A DNA stretch of 63,669 bases, counting the filler, from Basidiobolus ranarum (lineage: Eukaryota): assembly GCA_040143965.1 (NCBI GenBank). It is 22 parts of 22 records of this genome, joined end to end, with 100 filler letters (N's around TTAATTAATTAA, not from the genome) between each part and the next. Parts side by side here need not be neighbours in the genome. Positions count along the whole stretch, not along the records: positions 1 to 2,811 come from JASJQH010002961.1; positions 2,912 to 5,721 come from JASJQH010002962.1; positions 5,822 to 8,629 come from JASJQH010002963.1; positions 8,730 to 11,536 come from JASJQH010002964.1; 18 more parts are not named here. One strand, written 5' to 3'. The notes beneath the pieces were generated by a model. That model was not told where the DNA came from. It made no database searches and saw only the letters and a list, made by a program, of their open reading frames with translations. A program made the position numbers and the translations under genes. Within the stretch, counting starts at the first letter, position 1. The number at the start of each line of letters is the position of its first letter. Below are positions 1-11,536 of the stretch, piece after piece.

Positions 1-1165
1 TTGTTGCTGTTATTATGCTCAAATAATGCAAAAACCCATGAGCACATTGAAAGGGGCCCTTTGTTCCAAGGTTAATATACTCTGGAGTCTCCCAACCCAT
101 TGCATTACATCCATCACTGATTTTGCTGATACATTGTTAATCAGACTGGTATATGGTAATACTGGTGATTTCACATGCAGCATCATTTCACCACAGGTAT
201 GCTCCATGGGTAACTCCCAGAATGTATAGCAAGGGCCTATAAATTCTAAGCATTGTGAAAGATGTAGCAGGGTATGTATTAACTACCAGTATAGATTCAG
301 TGTATCTTCTTTAAACCTGTAATACAGTTGTTCATATCAAATTACAAAATCTTTGCACAGTTGCTATATCTGCCTGAGATCTGCCAACATGAGTTGAAGC
401 CATAGGAAAATACTAACAATATCTTCAAACAACTACTAATGTTGCTAATACTTATCAGGCCAAAATCTTTATAAGATTCCCCTTGAATATATAAAAATCC
501 AATACTTCCAGTCTTAGCATTTAAATAAATGCCTCGAGGTGTGAATATTGATGGGAGTCATGGTAAAATTTGATGGTATCATGACATTTTGAAGCATTTT
601 CCCAATTGATTCAAACTTTGATCTTATCTTCAATGGCTCATTCATATTGACTTTTCCACTATATAGCTGAGTGGGTAGTATTTGAATATTATTGAATAGT
701 AAGTGCATAGTGCCTGAGAGGAAGCTCTGGCTCCAGCTGATCCCCTTTAGAATTATAATCTTAGGCTTATAGCATATACCAAGTTTGATGCTTGACTGAC
801 TATTAAGCAAATTGATATCAGTGATCATGTTGAAATCTGACTAGGCTCTTGATGGTAAAATCATGGAGTTTAGTGTTGTATTTGCATAGTAGTAATACAT
901 ATGCCTGATAGAGTAGACTTCATTGATTTGACAAAACCTACAGTAAGATAGTGCATTGAGCCCACAAAAACCTCCAAGTTTATTGATGGCAGGAGTGTCG
1001 CCAACACATAAAATGATCTTAGCTTTGATAAAATATTCACCCATCTGAACCCCATTAGATAACCATTCAAATTCCACAATCAAAGGCTCCAAGAAGCTAT
1101 CTATAAGCCCTGGTGATTTAGGTCCAGATATGATGGATACTATCAAAATAATATGAATCTTATAC
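1..1165 (-). mobile_element. Degenerate CACTA/EnSpm-type transposase (Tnp2/Transposase_21 plus DUF4218-like region)
   Basis: Broken ORFs with IISGPKSPGLIDSFLEPLIVEFEWLSNG...GDTPA and WELPMEHTCG motifs. Paralogous copies lie at 26157-28467, 51015-52122 and 55500-57484. Confidence 0.85.
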
Positions 1166-1174
1166 CATTCAGAA

Positions 1175-2811
1175 GCTAATATCATTGTATGTATTGGTGA
1201 CACTCCTGCCATCAGTAAACTTGTAGGTTTTTGCAGGCACAATGCACTATCTTGCTGTAAATTTTGCCAAATCAATGCAGTCTACTCTATCAGGCATATG
1301 CACTACTGCTATCCAAATACAAAACTAAACTCCATGATTTTACTGTCAAGAGCCCAGTCAGATTTTGGCATGAACACTGATATCAATTCATCAAATAGTT
1401 AGGCCAACATCAAACTTGGTGTTAGCAGTGAACCTAAGTTCATATTGCTAATTCAACTACCTTCATGTCCAAATGGTTGTTTGGCTTTCACCAGTGATCT
1501 GAAAAGCCTGCAGCCATATACTGTTTGCATATAATTGGCAATCATTGAATCTGGTGAATATCAATATTATTTGGCTCACATACAGTTGATTCCCCATCTT
1601 AAAGTTTTGATGGAATCACCCAAGTCTAGATCATTGATCCAATACCAAAGTACTCACCACACAGGCACAATGTACTATCTTGCTGTAGATTTTATCAAAT
1701 CAATGGAGTCTACTCTATCAGGCCTATGCATCACTAGTATCCAAATACAAAACTAAGCTCCATGATTTTACCATCAAGAGCCTGGCCAGATTTCAACATG
1801 ATCACTGATATCCATTCACCAAATAGTGTGTCCAATATCAAACTTGGTATTAGCCATAAGCCTAAGATTGTATAGCTAAAGGAGATCAGCTGGAGCCAGA
1901 GCTTCCCATTAGGCATTATGCACTTACTATTCAACACCTTTCAATACTACTTACTAAGCTTTATGGTGGGAAATTCAATATGAATGAGCCATTCAAGACA
2001 AGATCAAAGTTTTAATCAATTAAGAAAATGCTTGAAAACATCAAGATACCATTGTATTTTAGCAGGACTCTCATCAATATCCACCCATCTAGGCATTTAT
2101 TCAAATGCAAAGACTGGAAGTATTGGATTTGTATATATATTCAAGTGGAATTTTGAAAAAATTCCTGCCTGATAAGTATTGGCAACATTGGGAGTTGTTT
2201 GTCAATATTGTTAATATGTTCTTATGGCATCAACTTGCATTGGCATATCTCAGGCAGATACAGCAACTGTGCAAAGATTTTGTAATTGGATATGAAAAAC
2301 TTTATTATCAGTTTAAAGAAGATAGACTGAATCTATGCCAGTATTCAATATATTTGCTGTTGCATCTTTCACAATGCTTAGATACTATAGGCCCTTCTTA
2401 TACATTCTGGGAGTTCCCAATGGAATGCACCTGCAGTGAAATGATGCTCTGTGTGAAATCATCAGTATTACCATATGCTAATCTGATCAACAATGTATCT
2501 GCAAAATCATTGATGGATATAATGGAATGTGTCAAGGAGACTCCAGAGTATATTAACCTTCCAACAGAGGGTTCTTTTCAATGTGCTCACAGGTTTTTGC
2601 ATTGTTTGAGCACAATAACAGCAACAAAGCCCAATCCATGGACACAGAGTAAGTACCTCAATAATTCAGACTAACTTGTTTGTGTAATGATCAAATGGTA
2701 TTTCTAGGAAAGCTGCAAGACAGACTTCTTGGTAAGATAGCTTGAGAGATGCAGTATCATTGTTTTAGCTGTGTAGTAATCTATCCAAGCAATGACACAT
2801 CTACTTGCCCT
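1175..2811 (+). mobile_element. Degenerate CACTA/EnSpm-type transposase, second copy in opposite orientation
   Basis: CPNGCLAFT motif near 1465. ORF 2105-2674 has WQHWELFV...LLLHLSQCLDTIGPSYTFWEFPME (DUF4218-like). Frameshifts and stops throughout. Confidence 0.85.
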
Positions 2812-2911
2812 NNNNNNNNNNNNNNNNNNNNNNNNNNNNNNNNNNNNNNNNNNNNTTAATTAATTAANNNNNNNNNNNNNNNNNNNNNNNNNNNNNNNNN
2901 NNNNNNNNNNN
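2812..2911. other. Artificial contig linker N44-TTAATTAATTAA-N44 (first of 21 such linkers)
   Basis: The same 100-bp spacer, with stops in all six frames, recurs about every 2.9 kb (2812, 5722, 8630, 11537, 14443, 17348, 20252, 23155, 26057, 28958, 31858, 34756, 37653, 40550, 43445, 46339, 49232, 52123, 55013, 57900, 60786). The intervening contig lengths never increase along the window. Confidence 0.99.
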
Positions 2912-3031
2912 TGGATTCGTATTGCTCAAGGGATCTCTGGTAGAACTCAGCGTCAATGTAGAACTCGGTGGGTTCAAGTAAAAGAAAAAGCCGGGTTAGA
3001 TTGCCTTGATGACTTTGAAGATGAAGTTTAA
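2912..3031 (+). CDS. 3' end of a Myb/SANT-domain protein (partial, cut by contig start)
   Basis: Translates WIRIAQGISGRTQRQCRTRWVQVKEKAGLDCLDDFEDEV*, containing the Myb repeat motif W..IA...GRT..QCR.RW. Too short to appear in the ORF track. Confidence 0.85.
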   Translation, partial: WIRIAQGISGRTQRQCRTRWVQVKEKAGLDCLDDFEDEV

Positions 3032-4266
3032 CTTCAGCATTCGTTTACATACGCTTCATGGCCACATCTTACTATGCTTGCAAACACCAATTATTCAATT
3101 GCTTCATTCAAGTTGTTTATTTCACAGTACTAATTTCATTTGTTCGTCTTTTGTATGGTTTAGATTTTCATTTTCACTGCTTTACACATTCACATCTTCC
3201 AATAATTTCCGAGTCTTGCCTTCTTGTCTTACTACAAACTTAATTCCCTAATTTTTTCCTCCTTTATCGTTCTTTTAGTATACAAGCTCCCTTATATATG
3301 TGCTACTTTATTAGTTTAATTTGAATTTTGTCCCTGACCTTGATTCCATTCTATCAATCGGTTTACGTTATGGCGGATTTGTTAGTTCCTGACATACCGA
3401 CATCCTTGAACCACCAGACTTTTTGCTTCTTTGATGATTAATATACCCATTCACTTGTCATTTCACTCATCACCCTGGCGGCTAATTTTTGAAATTAATC
3501 TATATTGTTGAGGCGAGAAGTTCGAGTCTGTGTAGTAGGAAATATTTGAGTTCTCCTTGGAGTAGATCAGAACTCTAATGGTTTGTAATCGGTGCTATGG
3601 CCTTGTCTGGGATTTCATTCGATTTTCTGCCTGAAGGTAAACAACGAGGAGGAGGAAGCCTGTGTAGTTTGTCAGGTGAGTATTCTGAGTGATCGCAAGG
3701 ATCAAATGAGATCCATATATAGCTAGATCAGGTCTCACAGTTCAGGATCTAAATTCTCTTGAAATATTCTGGATTGAACTTGTAATTCATTTCTGAGAAT
3801 CAGTGTTGTTTCAGAGTGTCCCCATGCAGACAATATTCTTGGTGTTTTCGATGTGGTGACGTTGGTATTTCAATGCTAGGGTTGTAATGGATGTGTGTGT
3901 AAACAAAGATTCGAGATCCATTGGTGATGGGGAATGGTCAGAACAAGTCTGGTTGAAATCTATATACTTAGCTATCTTCATTATTGATGGACATGGAACT
4001 GACATACATTAATTCTTAAGTCACATTATTCGAATTGGACTTATCCCTGAGGAAATTATCTTTCTGTTTGAGTATGACTTAGTAATCAATCTCTGTAGAG
4101 GCCTATTCTTTATATTAAAATCCTTGAGGTATATATTGTTTTTTGATGATGTACCTGTTGAAACTAACATAGCCCAAGACATCTATATATTCATATATAG
4201 CTTAGTATTAGTTATTCCATATTTCACCAAGATATCACCTCCTATTTTCAATTCAACTGAACTTGT

Positions 4267-5310
4267 TTTACAGAAAATATGATTGCAGATACATTAACCA
4301 ATCCATTAGTTTATATTACTATTTAGTTGAGGGAAAGTGTTGAAATTAACATAGCCTAAACACCTATGTAGTCATATATTGCTTAGTACTTAGTTATCCT
4401 ATATAGAAGTAAGATATCACCCATTATTCTTCATTGGAATTTGCCTTTGAAATTGACACCAACTTGGAAGTTCTCAGATATATAGATTTTTCAAACCTGT
4501 GCTAGAGGCCCCCAACTTTGCACACATATTGCTGGGATCCTCCTAAGCATATTCTATATGTTAGTTTGCTTACTTCTTGACAAAACTATGAATGCAACCT
4601 TTCCACTCAATAAATCAATAAGTGAAATCATCAATATCTCTAATTCTCCAAACCACTTCCTACAGGCTCCAAAATACTTTACCAGGTTATGAGCCCCAAG
4701 CTTGCACTCTATGTAATGTCTACTTCTCAAAATTCTGGAACTTTTCCCTCTTATGGAAAATTGGATAGAACTAATTATCAAGTTTAGAAAATCAAAGTGA
4801 AAATGCTGCTTCAAGAAAAGAACTTTGGGACACTGTTGTAGGAGAAGAAAACAATGCAAAAGTATCTGAAACCAAAGTTTGACTCCAGGGTAAAAAGGAA
4901 CAAAGTGCCTTTAATACAATTTTTCTGAATGTTAAAGAAAAATTGCAAATTCAATGTTCAAGAGCTAAAAGTGCCAAGATGGTATGAAAAGCCTTGGAAG
5001 ACATCTACCAAACATGTTCTTCTGCCATCAAAACTTTCTTAAGAAGACAATTCTTGAACTTAAAAATGAATCCTGGAGAAGACATTAAATCTCTAATTAA
5101 TAGTGTTCATATCTTAGTGAATGAAATGGAATACATTGGAGTACCTGCTACTGATCAGGATATTGAAGTAATAGTCCTGAATAGCCTGCCACATGAGTTT
5201 CAGTGCCTGGTAGTGGCTCCAGATTCAAGAACTGAAAATTTCACCTCAAACTATATACTTGGCAGACTTCTTGGTAAAGATTTATGCAAATTAGGATCCA
5301 ACTAACCATA
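4267..5310 (+). mobile_element. Ty1/copia relic (LTR family A): RNase H end, PPT, LTR, PBS, gag
   Basis: TENMIADTLTNPL (RNase H C-terminus), then purine tract TTGAGGGAAAG, LTR 4338-4684 (TG...CA), PBS GGTTATGAGCCC at 4685, and gag fragment ORF 4994-5305 (RRQFLNLKMNPGEDI...LNSLP). Confidence 0.85.
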
Positions 5311-5548
5311 ACAAATATTAAAATGATTTGATCTAGATTGGATCAACCCTCCTGGATTGCAAAACCATCAGAGGACTGTCACATTATTGGTGGCTTGTAT
5401 TCTGCTAGGGATTTTGATGATGAGATGGTGGCTTCTTGACAGTATTTTGATGTTAATCATATATGATAAAATATTGATCCTCATATTTGGCATGTGTTAT
5501 TTACTTTCCAACAATTTTTGCAAAAACCAATTTTTGAATGGCAAGTTG

Positions 5549-5721
5549 TGTTAAAGTATTTGGGAGCCTGTTGGAAGTGGTTTGGAGAATTAGAGGAATT
5601 GGTGGCTTTCACTGTTAAAGTATTTGGGAGCCTGTTGGAAGTGGTTTGGAGAATTAGAGGAATTGGTGGTTTTCACTTATTGATTTATTGAGTAGAAAGT
5701 TGACATTTATAGTTTTGTCAA
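5549..5721 (-). repeat. Partial LTR family A with an internal 64-bp tandem duplication
   Basis: Reverse complement of the 4338-4684 LTR end. The unit TGTTAAAGTATTTGGGAGCC...TTTCAC occurs at 5549 and 5613. Confidence 0.8.
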
Positions 5722-5888
5722 NNNNNNNNNNNNNNNNNNNNNNNNNNNNNNNNNNNNNNNNNNNNTTAATTAATTAANNNNNNNNNNNNNNNNNNNNNNN
5801 NNNNNNNNNNNNNNNNNNNNNATCCCATGATAATTGGTGACAGAAATTCTGATCATCACAAAACGATTTCCATGCAGTGAGGAGCACT

Positions 5889-6008
5889 CTTTGACTGTGA
5901 ATATTTATCTGCATCAATCTGAGTCGAGCTTTGACTGTGAATATTTATCTGCATCAATCTGAATCGAGCTTTGACTGTGAATAGTTATCTGCATCAATCT
6001 GAATCGAA
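5889..6008. repeat. 40-bp tandem repeat, 3 copies
   Basis: CTTTGACTGTGAATATTTATCTGCATCAATCTGA(A/G)TCGAG repeated three times head to tail with no spacers. Confidence 0.95.
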
Positions 6009-6224
6009 CTCCTAATTATCTTTTCCCCTATTCTTTGACCGCTTTTTTGGAGTGGTCAGTGTGCCAGGTCACCAACACTCCACACTCGCTCACACCTATA
6101 CCTACACCCCACACCTACACCCCACACACCTCACTGCAACCAGGATTCACTCCACAAAAAAGTCACCTATAAAGAGGAGCCATCGGTCCCAACTTATTCT
6201 CATCCACACACAGATCATTTCACT

Positions 6225-6509
6225 ATGACAGTTATCAAGACAAAAATGACCAAGATTATTCGTCAATTAGAGTTTTCCGAAACATCCACACTCATCAATT
6301 ACATGGTGAACAAATTACGCAAGTCATGTGACTCCGCATCCATTGACTCCAACGAGGATCTCATTCCTACCTTGAACATCGACGAGGCCATTGCATCCAT
6401 CAAGAAGGCCGAGAATTTCGAAGAGATACTTAGAAATGGATTTCTTCTTCACGATGAAATACGTACACAAACCTTGCGCTTGACTCTCACACCAAGACTC
6501 CTCCGCTGA
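6225..6509 (+). CDS. Small hypothetical protein (94 aa)
   Basis: Clean ATG-to-TGA ORF in CpG-retaining sequence, with TATAAA about 55 bp upstream. C-terminus is FEEILRNG...TLRLTLTPRLLR. Confidence 0.7.
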   Translation: MTVIKTKMTKIIRQLEFSETSTLINYMVNKLRKSCDSASIDSNEDLIPTLNIDEAIASIKKAENFEEILRNGFLLHDEIRTQTLRLTLTPRLLR

Positions 6510-7789
6510 AGCCTAAACCATTAAACCTTGTAAATACTGTACTTGTATCTTAATTACACGAGGGATGTATCTTTAAAATACCACTATTCCTAAAGACATT
6601 GTAAAAACTTTTCATAACCTCCCCCTTCCATCCATACCCCACTTCACCTATTAAACAGCTAATTAAATACCAGTAAGAACCGGTTCTTTTACCTAACCTG
6701 TATATACGTTAATGCCTGATGATTAAATTGCTCTTTATCACATATATATCCTTTACTCAATTATCTAAATTACGCCAGTTTTTAAATGATTGATTTTCAA
6801 TCACTAGAAGAAATACTGGTACAAACCCATAGACTTGGCAATTATGCAGGCACAACAGCTTGAGATCGTAATCTACATTCTTTAAACTTGCGCCTAACAT
6901 TTTTGGAATGTAAATTTGGCGCAATGGTTTAATGATAACTGGAAAATTGCCACTCCCATGCTTACTCCTAATCTGTTAGCCAATACATATTAGGGACATT
7001 ATTACCTCCCAGTGTTACAAGTACTTCGAAAACTTCGAATGGTCCACTTATCATACCAACAGTGCTTTAATATGTATTGAAATGATTCCAACAAATGGGA
7101 TAAGTGTATACATTCTACAGGAATATGGAGAGTTTAGTTGTCATTCAAGCAGCTTTAAGCGGAATGTTGAATATGTGATCCTGCAAAATAGTGGCAAGGG
7201 CCACAGTAACTAGTCATATTCGATGTAGGAATTATTAATTCCTAGGCAATAGTCCCTTGGAAGTGGTGAGTATTATAGTAATGATTGGCTGGTTATTCAG
7301 ATATGCACACAATTATCAGAATTAGCATTCTTTTGATATCATATTTATCAGTTTCATATTACTCCAACGGTTGCCATGTAAAGTTGCGTGAAGAGAACAC
7401 TTTTAATAGGCAAATCATTGTACTGTCTATTCAGGTATTTTATCCAATCGCCAAAGACTGACCTTTTTACATGTGTAATGCTGAATCACATCCAATGAAT
7501 GGTTACCAGTCTGGTTTTGCTGGCGGATCATAACTACAAATCTTGATTACTTTGTAGTGGAGTGGAGGTAATATTATTGCTCTTTCATACTTTATAGTTA
7601 ATATTTTGAAGAAAACTCCATCAGGAATCTGCCATGATAAAGTTCACACCTGATCAAGTGCTCTATACTACTCACATAGGTATATTGCATTTTATATGGC
7701 TGAATGAATAATGATAGGAACAACCAACATACTAAAGATACTGAATTTCAGCTGCTCCTTCACCTACTTGATCCTTAACTACAAACTCC

Positions 7790-8103
7790 AAAAGGTTAGT
7801 GTATTTTGCATTATTTAGTCAAATTTGTTGGATAATTAATTTTTATTCAACTTCATAGTTAACTTCAGTTATAATACATATGTCAGAAAAGAAATCTCTA
7901 TATCTATATACAAAGTATGTCTTATTACCCCCACTTATCTATCATATCTTATTACACAAACTCCTGAATATCTCAAACAATTGATTCACTTTTCTACTAT
8001 ATAAGTAACCATACACTCTTAAGAAAAAAGTAACTAAAACACACTATCATAAGTTGCTTCTAATGCCCAAAGTCTACCCCCATTATGTCAAAATCCTCCA
8101 ATA
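7790..8103 (-). repeat. LTR-like dispersed repeat (family C)
   Basis: Matches 42736-43080 (starting TGTTGGAGGATC), 29993-30205 and 35283-35357. The left boundary is approximate. Confidence 0.7.
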
Positions 8104-8222
8104 TGGTAGCAGCAAGTGAATTAGAGTCTTCTCCCCAAAAGGAGATTACTAATATTCCAACATTCAATGGGGAAGATTTCCATAAATGGAAATTCAAGAT
8201 GCAACTTGTGCTTGAAGGGAAA

Positions 8223-8629
8223 TGTCACAATGAGGAACTGGACAAGGACTGGAAACAATGACAAGAGGCTAGAAGGCAGGAGAGTACTTGGGTGTAGACC
8301 ACATGACAAGACAAGACTGGACAAGGAAGATACTTTGGCAAGAATCTTTATTGATAACTGGCATTGATCAGACTGAGGTCTGATCAAGGAATACATGGGG
8401 CATATATAGATATTGCAAGGTGAAACATAATACACTTAATAGGGAATATGCTGTGGCAAGTTCAAGAGTTGGGGTGTTGAGGACTATGATGATCATCACA
8501 AAGAGGGATGATATAAGGATGATCAGGTGACCTTCCATGGAAGGTCTTGGCAGAAATACACTATGTGTGGGATGACAAGATTGGTTAGGTTTCATGGAAT
8601 GTTCCAAAGAACATGACTTCCATATAAGG
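8223..8629 (+). repeat. LTR-like dispersed repeat (family F), inserted next to a copia gag fragment
   Basis: Begins TGTCACAA. Near-identical reverse-strand pieces at 29058-29275 and 35087-35282. Confidence 0.75.
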
Positions 8630-8729
8630 NNNNNNNNNNNNNNNNNNNNNNNNNNNNNNNNNNNNNNNNNNNNTTAATTAATTAANNNNNNNNNNNNNNN
8701 NNNNNNNNNNNNNNNNNNNNNNNNNNNNN

Positions 8730-8948
8730 GTAGAATATGTTAAGGAAGGTCCCAGGAACATGTGTGCAAAGTTTGGGGCTTCTAGCACAAGTTTGAAAAA
8801 TCTATATATCTGAGAACTTCTAAGTTGGTAAAAATATTCTGAGTAAATTCCAATTGATAATAATTGATAATATCTTAGTGAATTATAAGATAACTAAGTA
8901 CTAAGCTATATATGACTATATAGGTGTTTAGGCAATGCTAATTTCAAC
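8730..8948 (-). repeat. Partial LTR family A
   Basis: Ends ...GCTAATTTCAACA; reverse complement of the start of the 4338 LTR. Confidence 0.85.
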
Positions 8949-9378
8949 ATAGAACACAGCTTTGGTTTCCTAAAGAGATTTAGTATTGTAGCAGGAAAGT
9001 ATAGAGGAAAATCATTTTGTGGGCCTCAATCAAAGTAAGGCAACATAGTCAAAATCTTGATTAATTCTCAATACATTCATACTCAAAGATATCCATCAAG
9101 AGCTCTACACTTAAGACACTATGAATAAAGCTTTCATCATTGTTTGAATGTGCAATAATGTCTAAAAGTACTTGTCTTAAATATACCACATAAGCAAAAT
9201 AAACTGTTTCCCAATGGTAAATAACAGCATGCCAGATAGTGCCCAATCATGCCAATTTGTGCCTGCACACTTTTTAGCAGGCCTGATCTGGCTCAATAAA
9301 ATGGAACAATTCTTGTGAATTAGTGAATCCTGAGCATAGGGTAAAATTGGATGATTCAGAGTATTCAAGTCAATATCA

Positions 9379-10500
9379 TGTTGTCACTTTAAATTATAGC
9401 AAGTAGTTAGCTTTATTTACTCTAATTGTTTAGTACACATATGCTCATAGCTCTCATCAATTTATACATCAACTGAAGCACTTTTAATGTTTTTCATAAT
9501 TCTCTTAAGACTTCTCTGTCACCACAAATCTTCACCTGTACTTTGCAGATATGTTTATTGTACTCTATACATATTAAATAGTCCTATTCCACAGCAGGCT
9601 CTTGAAAGGACATATTTAATATAATAAAATTGTTTGTCCTAGTGTTGTATATAAATCTTTTCCAAAACACTTCCAAATCCCCTCAATATTTCTGTCACAC
9701 TCTCTGCCAGCAGGTTATGAGCACTGTTAATCACTCACAAGAAATGCTCACTAGTGTAAGTAACTTGAGCTGCATTATTAGTGAAGAGTTTCTGCTCTGG
9801 AGAACAAGAATGCAGATGCTGCTGTCAGAGAGAGGCCTTTAAAAAATTATTTTTGGTGTGGAAGTTCAACTGCATGGCTCAAAGCCACAAGAGCAAGCTG
9901 ACTCTAAGAGAAAGCAGGAGAATGTGCTTTTGGCTACTATGCTGATTCTAGATAATGCTTGACTAGCTCTTGTAGCCAATGTAAAGTCACCTTTTCAGGG
10001 CTGGGCAACCATGAAGACCCTTAATCAAACTAAAGTAACTGCCAACCATTTGTATCTACTAAGACAGCTGTATGGCTCACAAAGAAGGCCAACTCCAATA
10101 CAATACCAGAGCATATCAACAAACTTTAAGCCCTTATCCTGAAGCTGGCTGCAAATGAATGTATTGTTGCAAGAATTGAGCTTACCAGTTTATTATTCAA
10201 TTATCTACTACCAAGAAACTCTGTTATGATAGCAATTCAGAAGAATGTTTATTAAGTGTTGCTAACTGAATCCTATGCTACTTCTAAGTTATTTCATCAA
10301 GGGAAAACTGTTGGAAGGTTGGATTAAATATCAGAAGGAGAGTGTCTTCTGTGCAAATAAACACTCTATTAATGCAAAGAACTTTGACAAGAAGACCAAA
10401 CCTAGATGTCACTGCCATCATAAGCATACAAAGATGAAGTACCAATTTCATAATATCAAACGGAACTTGGGACTTTGTGAAATTGCCTGCTAGGCAAAAA
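9379..10500 (+). mobile_element. Ty1/copia relic (LTR family E): LTR, PBS, degenerate gag
   Basis: TG...CA LTR at 9379-9712, PBS GGTTATGAGC at 9713, gag-like FLLWRTRMQMLLSERGL and a zinc-knuckle remnant (CHCHHK..H). Confidence 0.7.
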
Positions 10501-10539
10501 GCTGTTGGATTCATTGGGGCTGCAAGATTAAGAGAAGTG

Positions 10540-11445
10540 CAAACCCTAACAATAACTAAATATTTTGGTCTGGAATGGATCCACCCTTCTGCATCACAAA
10601 GCCTCCAGAGCACCATCACAATATTGGTGGCTTGCATTCAGCCAGACATTTTGATGGTGTGACAGCAGCTTCTTGATGATATATCAATGATATTCATATA
10701 TGTTAAATATTGTTCCTCATAGTTGGCATGCATAATATAACTTGTGACCAGTTTTGCAAAAATCTGATTTTTGAATGGCAAATTGCTGGCTTTACTGCTG
10801 TAGGAATTCAAATCAAGATGTATGCCTTTATTTAGATATTGTAGGCTTTGTATTCCAGCCATAATGAGAATCCAACAAATACAAGAATGTTGTAATGTTT
10901 AGACTCTACACATTCACATACATGACTAATCAGACATAACTCAACAACATATTCATGACTTGCAGTCAACAAATGTCCTGCCACAAGTGAAAGTGACATT
11001 GTTTTAATAAATTACTCCATGGCTAAAACAATAATATAGTGTATCTTAATCTATCTCACCAAGAAGTCTATCTTGCAGCTTTTCTAGATATACTGTCAGA
11101 TTAACACACAAACTTATTAATCCAAATTATAGAGATACTTACTCTATGTCCATGGATTAGATTTTGCTCCTGTTTTTGTGCTTAAACAATGCAAAAACTT
11201 GTGAGCACATTGAAAAGAGCCATTTGTTTGAAGGTTAATATAATCAGGAGTCTGTTTAACCCATTGCATTACTTCCATGAAAGATTTTGTTGATACAATG
11301 TTAATTTGATTACCATCTTGAATAATGTGAATTTCACATGGAGTCTCATTTCACAGCAGATGTGCTCAGCGGGAGCTCCCAGAATGTATAGCAAGGGCCT
11401 GAAATCTCTAAGCATTGTGAGAGATGCAGCTGGGAATGTATTGAA
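10540..11445 (-). mobile_element. CACTA-type element 3' region (degenerate)
   Basis: Homologous to 26190-27250, 39720-40417, 5320-5548 and 1-290. Confidence 0.75.
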
Positions 11446-11536
11446 CCCTAACAGAAATTTGAGGATTGTTATCGTAGGAAAACCATCACAATTTTAATCC
11501 ATTTGGGATTGACCGTTTGCTTACCGTCATAAAATC
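11446..11536 (+). mobile_element. Terminus of a DNA-transposon-like element beginning CCCTAACAGAAA
   Basis: The same sequence begins at exactly the same base at 11446, 28608 and 40418, each time with an unrelated left flank. Confidence 0.7.

Noticed and set aside
2856-2867. Regularly spaced TTAATTAATTAA motif
   Set aside because: It is an artificial six-frame-stop linker embedded in N runs. ORFs containing X residues and any gene neighbourhood across linkers are artefacts.
5889-6008. Possible CRISPR array
   Set aside because: The units are contiguous with no unique spacers, no cas genes are present, and the context is eukaryotic.
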